Of a stretch of 64,000 nt of DNA, positions 9,281-19,107 are shown in pieces. Under the pieces are notes generated by a model. That model ran no database searches and was not told the origin of the DNA. It worked only from the letters and a program-made list of their open reading frames with translations. How positions within the stretch are numbered: position 1 is the stretch's first letter; the number at the start of each line of letters is the position of its first letter. The translations under genes and the position numbers were made by a program. The stretch covers positions 384,001 to 448,000 of the forward strand of contig CAWCFX010000002.1 of NCBI GenBank assembly GCA_963795085.1. Reading direction: 5' to 3'. Origin of the DNA: an uncultured Gemmatimonadales bacterium (GTDB lineage: Bacteria; Gemmatimonadota; Gemmatimonadetes; Gemmatimonadales; GWC2-71-9).

Positions 9281-9661
9281 CTAGTCAATGGATTCGGGCT
9301 TCTTTACCGGCTTGCCATCCAGGATATCCATCACGTCCTGCAAGGCCGACCGGAGCTCGGTGACCGCTTCGCCGGCCAGCACTTTGCGCGCGCTGCTGCG
9401 GAGTTCACCGGTGCGCCGGTAGTGGTCGATCCGCTGCCGGGCCCCCTCGATGGTGTACTTCTCCGTGTAGAGCAGGTGCTTGACCAGCATGATGAGCTCG
9501 ACTTCCCGGCTCTTGTAAACCCGGTTGCCGGACCGGTTCTTCGCCGGGTTGAGAAACCGGAACTGGCTCTCCCAGTAGCGCAGGACATGCGGCTTGAGAT
9601 CGGTGAGGGTGCACACCTCGCCGATCGAAAAGAATTCCTGCGCCTGCCGCGCCATCGTCAC
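9281..9661 (-). CDS. MerR-family HTH transcriptional regulator
   Basis: FSIGEV...HVLRYWE...NRSGNRVY...YTIEGA; start is GTG 9661 or ATG 9655. Confidence 0.9.
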   Translation of the reverse strand: MTMARQAQEFFSIGEVCTLTDLKPHVLRYWESQFRFLNPAKNRSGNRVYKSREVELIMLVKHLLYTEKYTIEGARQRIDHYRRTGELRSSARKVLAGEAVTELRSALQDVMDILDGKPVKKPESID

Positions 9662-10656
9662 CGCCAGAGCTCCGGCTTGAGCGTTCGGTCCATCAGGTCA
9701 CGTACCCCCTGGGTTGGCGATTTACCATCGAACAGGACGGCCGACACCTGCTCGGTAATAGGTAGTTCAACGCCATGCCGCCGGGCCAGCAGCGTGGCGG
9801 CGCGGGCGGTGTTGACGCCCTCGGCGACGGTCCGATGGGCGGCCTGGTACTGGTCCAGGCTCTGCCCCTGGGCCAGGGCGATACCGAGCGCCCGGTTCCG
9901 GCTCAGGGCCCCGGTGGTCGTGAGGATCAGGTCCCCCATGCCGGCCAGTCCGGCGAAGGTCATCGGATCCGCTCCCATCGCTACCCCAAGGCGGGTCATC
10001 TCCGCGAGGCCGCGGGTCACCAGCGCCGCGCGGGGATTGTTACCCAGCCCCAGGCCCTCCAGGATGCCGGCGGCGATGGCGATGACGTTCTTGAGCGCCC
10101 CGCCCAGTTCCACCCCGACCATGTCCTGGTTGGAATAGACCCGAAACCGGCTGGTGGCGAAGATCTGCTGCACCTCCCGAGAGGTTTCCGCCTCCCGGGC
10201 GGCAGCCACCACCGCGGTCGGCTGATGCTGGCACACCTCCTCCGCGAAGCTGGGACCCGAGAGCACCGCGACCCGGGGACGGGCCAGGGTTTCCTCCAGA
10301 ACGGACGACATCAGGGCCAGCGACTCCGGTTCGATCCCCTTGGTGGCGCTGACGACCAGCATCTCCGGGGGCAGGATGCCGGCCAGCCGCCGCACCACGG
10401 ACCGCACCGCGTGGCTGGGCGCCACCGAAAGCACGACATTGGCCCCCTCGACTGCGGCGGGCGGATCGCCGAAGGCGCGGAGCTCCGGCGCCAGCACCAC
10501 GTTGGGCAGGAACACCGGGTTGCAGTGCTGCCGGTTGATGGCCTCGACCACCTCCGCCTCATGGGCCCAGAGCCGGACCGCGTGCCCCTTGGTCGCCAGC
10601 AGGTTGGCCAGGGTCGTTCCCCAGCTCCCCGCCCCCAGTACCGCCACGGTGGTCAT
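9658..10656 (-). CDS. gpsA: NAD(P)H-dependent glycerol-3-phosphate dehydrogenase
   Basis: GAGSWG, SGPSFA, GGALKN, GLAGMGDL..T, SRN. Confidence 0.95.
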   Translation of the reverse strand: MTTVAVLGAGSWGTTLANLLATKGHAVRLWAHEAEVVEAINRQHCNPVFLPNVVLAPELRAFGDPPAAVEGANVVLSVAPSHAVRSVVRRLAGILPPEMLVVSATKGIEPESLALMSSVLEETLARPRVAVLSGPSFAEEVCQHQPTAVVAAAREAETSREVQQIFATSRFRVYSNQDMVGVELGGALKNVIAIAAGILEGLGLGNNPRAALVTRGLAEMTRLGVAMGADPMTFAGLAGMGDLILTTTGALSRNRALGIALAQGQSLDQYQAAHRTVAEGVNTARAATLLARRHGVELPITEQVSAVLFDGKSPTQGVRDLMDRTLKPELWR

Positions 10657-11279
10657 GAGATGGTCGGCTCCGTCCGCCGCCGGGTCCGGAACCGGTTCTC
10701 GGTTCCCTTGAGCAAGCGCTGCACGTTGGTGCGATGCTTGACGATCAGGAACGCCGCCAGCAGGATGTCAAACCAGAGCGGTTCGGGCCGCTCCGGATGC
10801 AGCAGCATGGCGGCCGGCGGAAAGAGCGCCGCGGCGGTAATGCTGGCCAGCGATACATATCCCGTCAGCCAGAGCACCAGCCCCCAGGCCGAGCCCACCG
10901 CCAGCAGGGCGAGCGGGGCCAGCCCCAGCACCACGCCGGCCGCGGTCGCGACGCCCTTGCCGCCCTTGAACCCCACGAATACCGAAAACACGTGGCCGGC
11001 CACTGCGGCGATGCCGCAGTACACCGGGAACATGGCCACGTCCGGTACTCGCGCCCCGAAGACCACCACCGGCACCGCGCCCTTCGCCACGTCGAATAAT
11101 CCCACCGGAACCGCGTACTTCCAGCCCAGCGTCCGGTAAAGGTTCGTGGCGCCGAGATTCCGGCTGCCGTGCTCGCGAAGGTCGATGCCCCGGAACATCC
11201 GTCCCACCAGGTAGCTGGTGGGAATCGCCCCCAGGAGATAGGAGGCCAGGATCCAGCCAGCGAACTCCGCGCTGATCAC
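10653..11279 (-). CDS. plsY: Glycerol-3-phosphate acyltransferase PlsY
   Basis: GSRNLGATN, FKGGKGVAT, KHRTN; GTG start at 11279. Confidence 0.95.
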   Translation of the reverse strand: MISAEFAGWILASYLLGAIPTSYLVGRMFRGIDLREHGSRNLGATNLYRTLGWKYAVPVGLFDVAKGAVPVVVFGARVPDVAMFPVYCGIAAVAGHVFSVFVGFKGGKGVATAAGVVLGLAPLALLAVGSAWGLVLWLTGYVSLASITAAALFPPAAMLLHPERPEPLWFDILLAAFLIVKHRTNVQRLLKGTENRFRTRRRTEPTIS

Positions 11280-11284
11280 AGGGG

Positions 11285-12649
11285 CTAACGCTCTCGAGTG
11301 ATCCGGCCGTCGTCCCCCCGAGCCTTTGCCCGGGCGCCCCGGCTGGTGAACTTGATCCTGAGCGGCGCCCCGTCGAAGTGCCACGCCGCTCGAAATCCGT
11401 TGACCAGGTAGCGCAGGTACGACTCGGGGACATCGTCCGGCCGGTTGGTAACGATGGCGATCTCCGGCGGCCCCGTCCCGATCTGCGAGGCGTAGAGAAG
11501 CTTGACCTCCTCGCCCGGCTTCTGCGGAGGCGCCGCCCGCTGGATCAGTTCTTCCAGCACCCGGTTGACCTCCGCGGTGGGTACCCGCCGCTCCCGTCCC
11601 TCCGCGACCTCGAGTATCAGGTCCAGCAGCTTCCGGGCTCGCTGGCCGGTAAGCGCGGAGAGATACAGAAACGGGACATACCGAAGGAAGGGCGCCTTTT
11701 CCATCAGGATCTCCTGGCCCCGCCGCGACGTATTGGCGTCCTTTTCCTCTACCATGTCCCACTTGTTTACCGCCACGATCAACCCGCACCCGGCGTCCCA
11801 TGCCTGGGTCGCGATACGCAGGTCCTGGGCGTGCATTCCCAGCGCCGCATCTACCACGAGCACGCAGACCTGGGCACGGTCGATGGCTCGCTCGGTCCGC
11901 AGGCTCGAGTAGAACTCCACGTCATCTTCTACTTTAGATCGTCTCCGTAAACCTGCTGTATCAATGAAGTTGAGAACTTTCTCATGATACCGCAAGGGGG
12001 AGTCGATCGCGTCCCGGGTTGTCCCCGCCTCCGGGGCCACTACGTGCCGGTCCTCCCCCAGCAGCCGGTTAATCAGGGACGATTTACCCGCGTTGGGCCG
12101 CCCTACGACCGCGACATCGATGGTCGGTTCCTCGGGCAGCGGGGGTTCCGCGGGCATTCTTTCTACCACGGCATCGAGCAGGTCCCCGCTCCCCTTCCCC
12201 ACCTGGGCCGAGACGAGGATGGGATCGTCGAAGCCGAGCTGGTAGAACTCGTACTGGGTGGTGGTCCGCGGAAGGTCGTCGAGCTTGTTGATCGCCAGGA
12301 TGACCGGACGGCCGGACTTCCGCAGCTTGGCGGCGATCTCGCGGTCCACCGGGCTCAGCCCTTCCTTGCCATCCACCACGAAGAGGATGACGTCCGCCTC
12401 GTTCAGCGCGATATCCACCTGCTCCCGGATGGCCCGGTCGATCGATGCCTGGGACGAAGGCACCAGTCCGCCCGTATCCACGACCCAGAAGTTCCGGCCG
12501 CCCCACTCGCCGTCGCCGAAGTGGCGGTCACGGGTGGTCCCGGGCTGGTCGGCGACGATGGCCCGGCGGCCGCCCAGCAGCCGGTTGAAGAGCGTGGACT
12601 TGCCGACATTGGGCCGGCCGACAATCGCGACGGTGGGTTTGGATGCCAT
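11285..12649 (-). CDS. der: Ribosome biogenesis GTPase Der
   Basis: Two GTPase domains (GRPNVGKS, GRPNAGKS) plus KH-like tail. Confidence 0.97.
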   Translation of the reverse strand: MASKPTVAIVGRPNVGKSTLFNRLLGGRRAIVADQPGTTRDRHFGDGEWGGRNFWVVDTGGLVPSSQASIDRAIREQVDIALNEADVILFVVDGKEGLSPVDREIAAKLRKSGRPVILAINKLDDLPRTTTQYEFYQLGFDDPILVSAQVGKGSGDLLDAVVERMPAEPPLPEEPTIDVAVVGRPNAGKSSLINRLLGEDRHVVAPEAGTTRDAIDSPLRYHEKVLNFIDTAGLRRRSKVEDDVEFYSSLRTERAIDRAQVCVLVVDAALGMHAQDLRIATQAWDAGCGLIVAVNKWDMVEEKDANTSRRGQEILMEKAPFLRYVPFLYLSALTGQRARKLLDLILEVAEGRERRVPTAEVNRVLEELIQRAAPPQKPGEEVKLLYASQIGTGPPEIAIVTNRPDDVPESYLRYLVNGFRAAWHFDGAPLRIKFTSRGARAKARGDDGRITRER

Positions 12650-12670
12650 GGCGCTACCGGGTCATCGGGT

Positions 12671-13978
12671 TCATGAGAACTCCCGGGGGCGCACGACGCC
12701 GGCCACAGCGGGTTGATCGGCGAGCGCATCCACGAACCAGTACGAGGCCCGGACCTCCATGGGCGCCGCGCTCGTGAACTGCTCCCAGGTCAGGTCATCC
12801 ATGAAGAGCCCGTGGTCATTGAGTGCCTCGGCGGGGATGAGAGCAAGGTCCAGATCGGTCCGCTCCGCGAGGGCCGCCTGAAAGGCTGCGCCTGGCAGGA
12901 GCCCGGCGCAGGTCACCGTGGAGCCGAAGAGGGTATTGACGAGCGGCAGCAGCTCAAAGTGCGCGCCGGTGGCCGCGGCCAGGGGCGCCAGGACCTGGGG
13001 CATGAGTTCGGCCATCGAGGGGCCGGTGAGGACGCCAATCCGGCGGCCGCTCCAGAGGTCCAGCCCCTCCGGGTGCTCCGCGATCTTCTGCTGAAGAAAG
13101 CGGACCGAACCTACCCCATTCTCCACCTGCTGGAAATCGTCGTAGTTCTCCGCCGGGGGCAGCGGCAAACCGGCCCGAAGATACAACTCGTCCGCGCCGA
13201 ACGCCCAGGTGATCCCCCGCTCCCGCCTGGCCAGGTGTGCCCGTTCTTCCAGCAGGTGGATCGCGCCCCGGCATTCTTCCGCGGTCGGCTCGCGTACCAT
13301 GTGATGCTTGCTGAACTCGGTGAGTCCCACCGGGACCACCGAGACATTGAGCACCGACGTCCCCATCCCATACAGGTCCTCCAGCGTCTGCCGCAGCACC
13401 GAGCCATCGTTGACCCCGGGCGACATCACCACCTGGGTGTGAAACTGGATGCCGACGGAAGCGAACTGCCGCAACTGCTCCAGGATGTCCGGCGCCAGCG
13501 GATTGCGAAGCAGGTAGCGGCGGGCGACCGGGTCCGTCGCATGGACGGACACATAAAGAGGGGAAAGCCGGTACTCGATGATCCGGTCGACGTCCCACGG
13601 CTTCAGATTGGTCAGGGTGGCGAAGTTGCCGTACTTGAACGAGAGGCGATAGTCATCGTCACGGATGTAGAGCGTTTCACGAAGGCCGGCCGGCAGCCCG
13701 TCCACGAAGCAGAAATCACAGCGGTTGGCGCAGCGGCGAACCCGGGGCGGTTCCACTTCAACGCCCATCGGAAGACCTTCGGGCCGCTCGATGTCAAACT
13801 CGATCTCCTCCCCGCCTGGCTGCCGGACGTGCAGAAGAAAGAGGTCGTCCGCCGTCAGGAACTCCCAGTCCAGAAAATCTTCGATCTCCCGGCCGTTGAC
13901 GCTGATCAACTCGGTGCCAGGCACCAAGCCCAGCTCCATTGCCAGCGTTTCCGGGTACACCGATGTCACCTTGATCAT
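12671..13978 (-). CDS. DUF512 radical-SAM-like protein with N-terminal PDZ-like domain
   Basis: CANRCDFC motif, DDDYRLSF, ENGVG. Confidence 0.85.
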   Translation of the reverse strand: MIKVTSVYPETLAMELGLVPGTELISVNGREIEDFLDWEFLTADDLFLLHVRQPGGEEIEFDIERPEGLPMGVEVEPPRVRRCANRCDFCFVDGLPAGLRETLYIRDDDYRLSFKYGNFATLTNLKPWDVDRIIEYRLSPLYVSVHATDPVARRYLLRNPLAPDILEQLRQFASVGIQFHTQVVMSPGVNDGSVLRQTLEDLYGMGTSVLNVSVVPVGLTEFSKHHMVREPTAEECRGAIHLLEERAHLARRERGITWAFGADELYLRAGLPLPPAENYDDFQQVENGVGSVRFLQQKIAEHPEGLDLWSGRRIGVLTGPSMAELMPQVLAPLAAATGAHFELLPLVNTLFGSTVTCAGLLPGAAFQAALAERTDLDLALIPAEALNDHGLFMDDLTWEQFTSAAPMEVRASYWFVDALADQPAVAGVVRPREFS

Positions 13979-14119
13979 GCCAACCCGTTCTGGACAAAAA
14001 GCGGGAGACTCAGGCGGAGCCCCCCGGTATAAGCGCTAAAATATTGTCAGGGAACGAGTTAAAAGCAAGACATGAAGCAGTTTCCATCCCTTTGTCGATG
14101 GGGACCCAGGGTGGAAGCC

Positions 14120-14152
14120 AAGAAAAAGGGCCCGGTTACAAGGACCGGACCC
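14120..14152 (-). terminator. Intrinsic terminator of the pilin gene
   Basis: GGTCCGGT...ACCGGGCC hairpin followed by TTTTTCTT on the minus strand. Confidence 0.7.
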
Positions 14153-14182
14153 CTTCCCTTTCCACCCCACCCATGGTGTTCG

Positions 14183-14593
14183 CTACCAGCAGGCCGGTGC
14201 GGCCTCCTGGACGACCACCGCGTTTGGCGAGTTGGCGGCGGGACCGACATAGATCCCGCAAGTGGTTGGGGCCACTGTCAGCGCCCCGTTGGTCATCGTT
14301 GCCGTGTATCCGTTTATGCTGACGTTGGCCAGTGCGCCGAGCACGTTGCCGGGAGTCGCGTTGAACGCCACCACCCCGGGACCCTGCACCGCGCCCACCG
14401 CAGGGGCATAGCCGGCGTAGTCGAAGTAGTAGCCCTCCTGCGCCGTGGCCAGGTTCCGCAGGTCAGTCTTCATCGAGGCCAGGATACTCTTGGCCTTGGT
14501 GTTGGCGAACTTCGGAATGGCGATCGCGGCGAGGATGCCGATGATCACCACTACGATCAACAGTTCGATGAGGGTGAAGCCGCGCCTGGTCAT
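14183..14593 (-). CDS. Type IV pilin
   Basis: Class III signal MTRRG|FTLIELLIVVVIIGILAAIAIP; C-terminal Cys pair; ATG at 14593. Confidence 0.92.
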   Translation of the reverse strand: MTRRGFTLIELLIVVVIIGILAAIAIPKFANTKAKSILASMKTDLRNLATAQEGYYFDYAGYAPAVGAVQGPGVVAFNATPGNVLGALANVSINGYTATMTNGALTVAPTTCGIYVGPAANSPNAVVVQEAAPACW

Positions 14594-14656
14594 CGGAAAG
14601 ACACCTTCCGTCAGAGTACCCCTGTCCGCCTGGGCGGCAAGGTACCCGCTGGAAAG

Positions 14657-14671
14657 GCAACACACATGCCA
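14657..14671 (-). promoter_or_regulatory. Sigma54 (-24/-12) promoter of the pilin gene
   Basis: TGGCATGTGTGTTGC = GG-N10-GC, about 64 nt upstream of the pilin ATG. Confidence 0.75.
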
Positions 14672-14783
14672 TTTTCCTTCTGGCGGGGGAAGTCTCTGAG
14701 GCACAACCATTTACGAACGGATGCGAAGAATTCTGCAGACCACCCTCCCGTGCCTGACAGGTGATCTTTGCAAGAAAACCGGA

Positions 14784-15851
14784 TCAACCCTCCCAGATTC
14801 CACCCCACGACTGCAGGAGAAGGTTGGACAGCGATTCCGGCTCGGCGCGGCGGGGATTAGGGTAGGAACGGCTGAGGACCATGGCGGTCACGCCGGGGAT
14901 ATCGGCCCGGGCCAGGCCCAACCCCCGCAGGGAAACCGGGTACCCCGTGGCGGCGCCAAGTGATCGCACGAGGTCGAAGAGCAGTCCCGGCAACTGACTC
15001 GGCATGATCCCCCCTGGCTGACGCGGCCAGACCTCGGCCAGGCGTTCCATGGCCCCGGCTGCGGCCTCCGCATTGTAGCGCAGGACGTATGGCAGCAGGA
15101 CCGCGTGAACCCCGGCGTGGTCCAACCCGTAACTGCCGCCCAGGACATGGCAGAGGTTGTGGTGCAGGCCCATTGAGGCGTCCGAAAGCGCCCGCCCCGC
15201 CAGCCAGGCCCCCTTGAGGACCCCGGTGCGCACAGCCACATCGTGAGACTGGAGGACCAGCGAGGGCAGATGCTGCATGAGGAGGGAGAACCCTCTCAGG
15301 GCAGCGCTGGCCGTGCCCGGTCCTGGTGCGACCGCATAGACCGCCTCACAGCAGTGCGCTGCCGCGTTGAAGCCGCTGGGTATGGCGAACCGGGGCGGAA
15401 AGCTCAGCATCAGGTTCGGGTCATAGAGCACCGCCCGGGGACGCACCCTCTCGTCCCGTCCGGTAATCTTGGCTCCATCATTGGTGATGCCCCAGATCGG
15501 CGTCATTTCCGAGCCGGAGTAAGTAGTGGGGATGGCGAGAATGGGCGGCCCGCCCTGCAGGGCACAGGCCTTGGCGAGACCGATGGCCGAGCCGCCCCCC
15601 AGCGCAATGGCCAGGTCCGCTCCCGCGGCGGCCATCCTGGCCGCCGTTTCGGCCCCGGCGTCGGCCTGGACATGCATGGATGTCCGGGTTTCGAATCCGG
15701 CGAGCGAACCGAGCAGTTCCTGAATTCGCTCCGCCGGCGCCCGGCGCCCGGGGCTGGCGATCAGAAAGGGATGCCTGGCGCCGGTCCGGGCGACCAGTTT
15801 GGGGAGTTCTTCGAGTGCGCCGGCGCCGAAGATCACGTCCGGAACAGTCAC
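14784..15851 (-). CDS. Maleylacetate reductase-like iron-containing alcohol dehydrogenase
   Basis: GGGSAIGLAKA, PTTYSGSEMT, LHHNLCHVLGG. Confidence 0.85.
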   Translation of the reverse strand: MTVPDVIFGAGALEELPKLVARTGARHPFLIASPGRRAPAERIQELLGSLAGFETRTSMHVQADAGAETAARMAAAGADLAIALGGGSAIGLAKACALQGGPPILAIPTTYSGSEMTPIWGITNDGAKITGRDERVRPRAVLYDPNLMLSFPPRFAIPSGFNAAAHCCEAVYAVAPGPGTASAALRGFSLLMQHLPSLVLQSHDVAVRTGVLKGAWLAGRALSDASMGLHHNLCHVLGGSYGLDHAGVHAVLLPYVLRYNAEAAAGAMERLAEVWPRQPGGIMPSQLPGLLFDLVRSLGAATGYPVSLRGLGLARADIPGVTAMVLSRSYPNPRRAEPESLSNLLLQSWGGIWEG

Positions 15852-16501
15852 CCGATCACGCCCCGGACCATCGCCTGGACCGCCGCCATTTCGTCCTCGT
15901 TCACGATGTGGCCCATGCCCGGATAAAGCCGCATGGTGACATCTCCCCCCAGCAGCTGGAGAACCGCAGCGGTTTCCTGCACCCGCGAAGCGGGAATGTG
16001 GCCGTCCACGTCACTGCAGCCGAGGAAGACCGGAGTGCCTGAGAGGGAGCCGGCGTATTCACGCGAGGTCCCCACCGGACCGATGAGCCCTCCGCTCAGT
16101 CCGGCGATGCCGGCGTACCGGCGGGCGTGGCGCGCCGCAAACTCGGTGGCCAGGCAGGCTCCCTGCGAGAACCCGAGGAGAATGGTCCGCTCGGGGGGAA
16201 TGCCTGCCGTTGCGACCTGGTCCAGGACTCGTTCGAGGGCCCGCATGGCCGAGGAGATCCCCGGCTCGTTATCGGCCAGCGGGTTCAGAAAGCTGTAGGG
16301 ATACCAGGTGTTTCCTGCCGCCTGCGGCGCCAGTGCCGCTACCAGTCCCCTGTCCTGGGAGGGCAGCAGGGAGAGGATGCTCCGGGCCGTGGCACCCCTC
16401 CCGTGGACCATGACCATCGCGACCTGCGCCTCCGCGAGCGCGGCGCCAGCGCTGAGGACCGGCTGTCCGGCATGGGGATCGGCTTCCGGCCCGGCGCTCA
16501 C
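15848..16501 (-). CDS. Phospholipase/carboxylesterase (MhqD-like alpha/beta hydrolase)
   Basis: HGRG, TWYP, GFSQG nucleophile elbow, D and GMGH triad residues. Confidence 0.85.
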   Translation of the reverse strand: MSAGPEADPHAGQPVLSAGAALAEAQVAMVMVHGRGATARSILSLLPSQDRGLVAALAPQAAGNTWYPYSFLNPLADNEPGISSAMRALERVLDQVATAGIPPERTILLGFSQGACLATEFAARHARRYAGIAGLSGGLIGPVGTSREYAGSLSGTPVFLGCSDVDGHIPASRVQETAAVLQLLGGDVTMRLYPGMGHIVNEDEMAAVQAMVRGVIG

Positions 16502-17496
16502 CGCGCGACTCCGCTGGCAATGACCACCGGCTGGCCATCGGGGTCGTGAGTCGCGATGGCTTGGAAGCGAAGCCGGTCGGGGCCGAATTCTTCGGCCCGG
16601 GAAACCGGCACTCGCGCGGCGGTGAGCGCCTCAGCCAGAGTGGGAAGATCTCCCGCCGACGTGAGACCATAGTGCGCGACCTGGCCCGATCCCATGCGCA
16701 CCGGTTGCTCCCGCTCCGGCCTTCGCTCGAAGTAGGTGACCAGGGTTCCCGGGGCTCCCTGCCCCGTCCCCCAGTACCAGTGAGAGGATTGGGCATCATC
16801 GAAGTTGCTGGTGCGCTTCACCCTCCGCATCCCGAGGCGGCGGCCGAGGAACTGATGGATCCGCTCGATATCGGCTCCGATGGCGGTGACGTGATGGAGC
16901 CCTTCGATCCGCATGGCCGGGAGAATCTCAGGGACCGCATCCGGCCAGTTCTCCGCCGCCACCCGGGCCCGGTCTCGGTTGGTATTGAGCATTTCCGGCG
17001 GCGGCGGACGGTGGCTCTCGCCGAGACAACCGGGCGCTTCGTCGATGGTCCAACCGGGCCCCACGGTCGCCAGCTCGACGATGGTTCCGTCCGGATCCCG
17101 GGTATATATCGATTGGAAGTAGTGGCGGTCCAGAATACCGTTGACAGGATAACCGGCGTCCAGCAGTCGGCGTTTCCATCGAAGCAGGATTTCCCGGTCC
17201 GCCACCGCCAGCGCAAAATGATGGGTGCCGCCGAGTCCGGGCGCACCGGGCGGCGCCGCCGGCTGGTCGAGCACGGCGAGCACGCTGCGGGATCCGCCTC
17301 GGCCGTCTCCGAAGTACACCGCGGGCGACGGAGCCAGCACGCCGGCCTGGCCTGGCGCGGTAAAGGGGGCCGCGCCGTCACCCAGTGACGCCAGCCCGAG
17401 TACGCGGCCGTAGAACTCCGCAGCACGGGGCAGTTCCCGGCTGACCACGGCGATATGGTGGAGCCCGTCGAGTCCGGCGTGATCTGTCATCGGCAT
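16498..17496 (-). CDS. VOC-family ring-cleaving dioxygenase (MhqO/PcpA/LinE-like)
   Basis: LHH, THHFA, DRHYFQSIY..DPDG..ELAT, NFDD motifs. Confidence 0.8.
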   Translation of the reverse strand: MPMTDHAGLDGLHHIAVVSRELPRAAEFYGRVLGLASLGDGAAPFTAPGQAGVLAPSPAVYFGDGRGGSRSVLAVLDQPAAPPGAPGLGGTHHFALAVADREILLRWKRRLLDAGYPVNGILDRHYFQSIYTRDPDGTIVELATVGPGWTIDEAPGCLGESHRPPPPEMLNTNRDRARVAAENWPDAVPEILPAMRIEGLHHVTAIGADIERIHQFLGRRLGMRRVKRTSNFDDAQSSHWYWGTGQGAPGTLVTYFERRPEREQPVRMGSGQVAHYGLTSAGDLPTLAEALTAARVPVSRAEEFGPDRLRFQAIATHDPDGQPVVIASGVAR

Positions 17497-17523
17497 CCCC
17501 TTGAAACGAAGCTGGTGTGCCTG

Positions 17524-17564
17524 AAGAAAACGACCCGCTCCAAGTCTAGGCCGGGGAGCGGGTC
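17524..17564 (-). terminator. Intrinsic terminator after the amidohydrolase
   Basis: GACCCGCTCC/GGAGCGGGTC stem followed by GTTTTCTT on the minus strand. Confidence 0.7.
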
Positions 17565-17589
17565 AGGGGTAGCGAGCTGGCCAGGCGGT

Positions 17590-18918
17590 TCAGTTCGATG
17601 GGACCCATTGGGAACGGGCCGCTTCCATGCGGCTGGTCAGTTCCTCCCTCGAGAACCAGCGTCCGTCCCGCATGACGCCGGCCGGCCGGGCAAGGGCGGA
17701 AAGATTCTCGAGAGGGTTGACCTCCAGAAGCAGCAGATCCGCCACCGCCCCCACCGTGACCGTGCCGAACTCACTCGGGTGCCCCATGAAACGAGCCGGG
17801 TTGCTGGTCGCCGTTTCCAGCGCCTCGTAGGGGCTCAATCCACCGCGCACGAAGGCCAGCAGCTCCGGCAGAAGTGCGAACCCGGGGACCAGGGCCGGAA
17901 CGGGCGCGTCCGAACCTGCGAGGAGCCGGACACCGGCCCGGTGGAGGGCTGGAATCAGATGCTGTTCGAAGAACCCAACGGTCCGCTCGAAGCGGGCGAT
18001 CGCGCGGGAATTCTGGGACCATCCATCCCCCGTCTGCTGCCAGCCCCACATCTCCGCCGTCGCCGGATTGAGGTATCGCATCTCCGGGCGGGCCCGGATG
18101 GAGTCCATGTTCCGGGCCTGCCCCAGCGCGCTGCGATGAACAGTGACGGTAGGAGTGACCCAGACACCCGCGTGGGCGAGCCTCGCGGCCATCGCGCCCA
18201 GTCCGGCGGTATCTCGTCCATCCTGAAAAAAGGGCAGCAATTCCTCCAGGTGTTCCACCGCCGACTGGCCGCCGATCTCCAGCAGGCCGGCGATTCCCAC
18301 CGGTGTGGGCACGTGGCCAACCAGGGGCATTCGCGCTGCCCCGGCCTCACGGACGAGGGCGAGGTAGAGGTCCCGCGGCAGATTGTCGTACACCTTGAGC
18401 TGGTCGTATCCCGCCCGTTTCTGCGCGGCCACCTCCCGGGTTACGTCTTCCGGGGTGCGCAGCACGGTATTGGTGCCCCGGCTGGGAGGATCCCCGTCCA
18501 GGATTGGTCCGGAGGTGAACAGCCGGGGGCCGATCAGGGTCCCCCGCGCGATGCTGTCCCGCCAGGCCAGGTGCCGGGGCAGTCCGTGGAGATTGCGCAC
18601 CGTAGTGATGCCGTTGGCCAGGTAGAAGATCAACTCGGTTCGGTCGAGCAGGTGCACGTGCATGTCGGCGAGACCGGGCATCAGCCAGCGCCCGTTCCCC
18701 GGGATGACGGTGACACCGTCGAGATCGGCAGCCTGGTCGGCGGCAAAGATGCCGGCGATACGGCCGCCCCGGACCACGACGGTACGATGGCGGAGGACCG
18801 TATCCCGGTCCATGGGAACGACGTGGACATCCACGAACGCGATGGTCGCCGCGCTCTGACCGGCCACGGGGGTAGCGATGGCGACCCAAAGGAGTCCAAG
18901 AAGGCTGGCTTTGCCCAA
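17590..18918 (-). CDS. Secreted amidohydrolase-family metallohydrolase
   Basis: PGLADMHVH, LKVY, GHV, EH, GSD metal ligands; signal peptide; TTG at 18918 has an upstream GAGGA (the longer ORF overlaps the tRNA). Confidence 0.8.
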   Translation of the reverse strand: MGKASLLGLLWVAIATPVAGQSAATIAFVDVHVVPMDRDTVLRHRTVVVRGGRIAGIFAADQAADLDGVTVIPGNGRWLMPGLADMHVHLLDRTELIFYLANGITTVRNLHGLPRHLAWRDSIARGTLIGPRLFTSGPILDGDPPSRGTNTVLRTPEDVTREVAAQKRAGYDQLKVYDNLPRDLYLALVREAGAARMPLVGHVPTPVGIAGLLEIGGQSAVEHLEELLPFFQDGRDTAGLGAMAARLAHAGVWVTPTVTVHRSALGQARNMDSIRARPEMRYLNPATAEMWGWQQTGDGWSQNSRAIARFERTVGFFEQHLIPALHRAGVRLLAGSDAPVPALVPGFALLPELLAFVRGGLSPYEALETATSNPARFMGHPSEFGTVTVGAVADLLLLEVNPLENLSALARPAGVMRDGRWFSREELTSRMEAARSQWVPSN

Positions 18919-19024
18919 TGGGCCGTTCCTCGGTGGAAGGAGGGGTTCTCTACGGAATGGCAGAGGGGCTGTTTCAGGAAGCCAGAGCGCCCCGGCACCC
19001 ATGGGGTGACGGAGCGCAAGGGAG

Positions 19025-19096
<72 letters not shown>

Positions 19097-19107
19097 GACG
19101 GAGGCGA

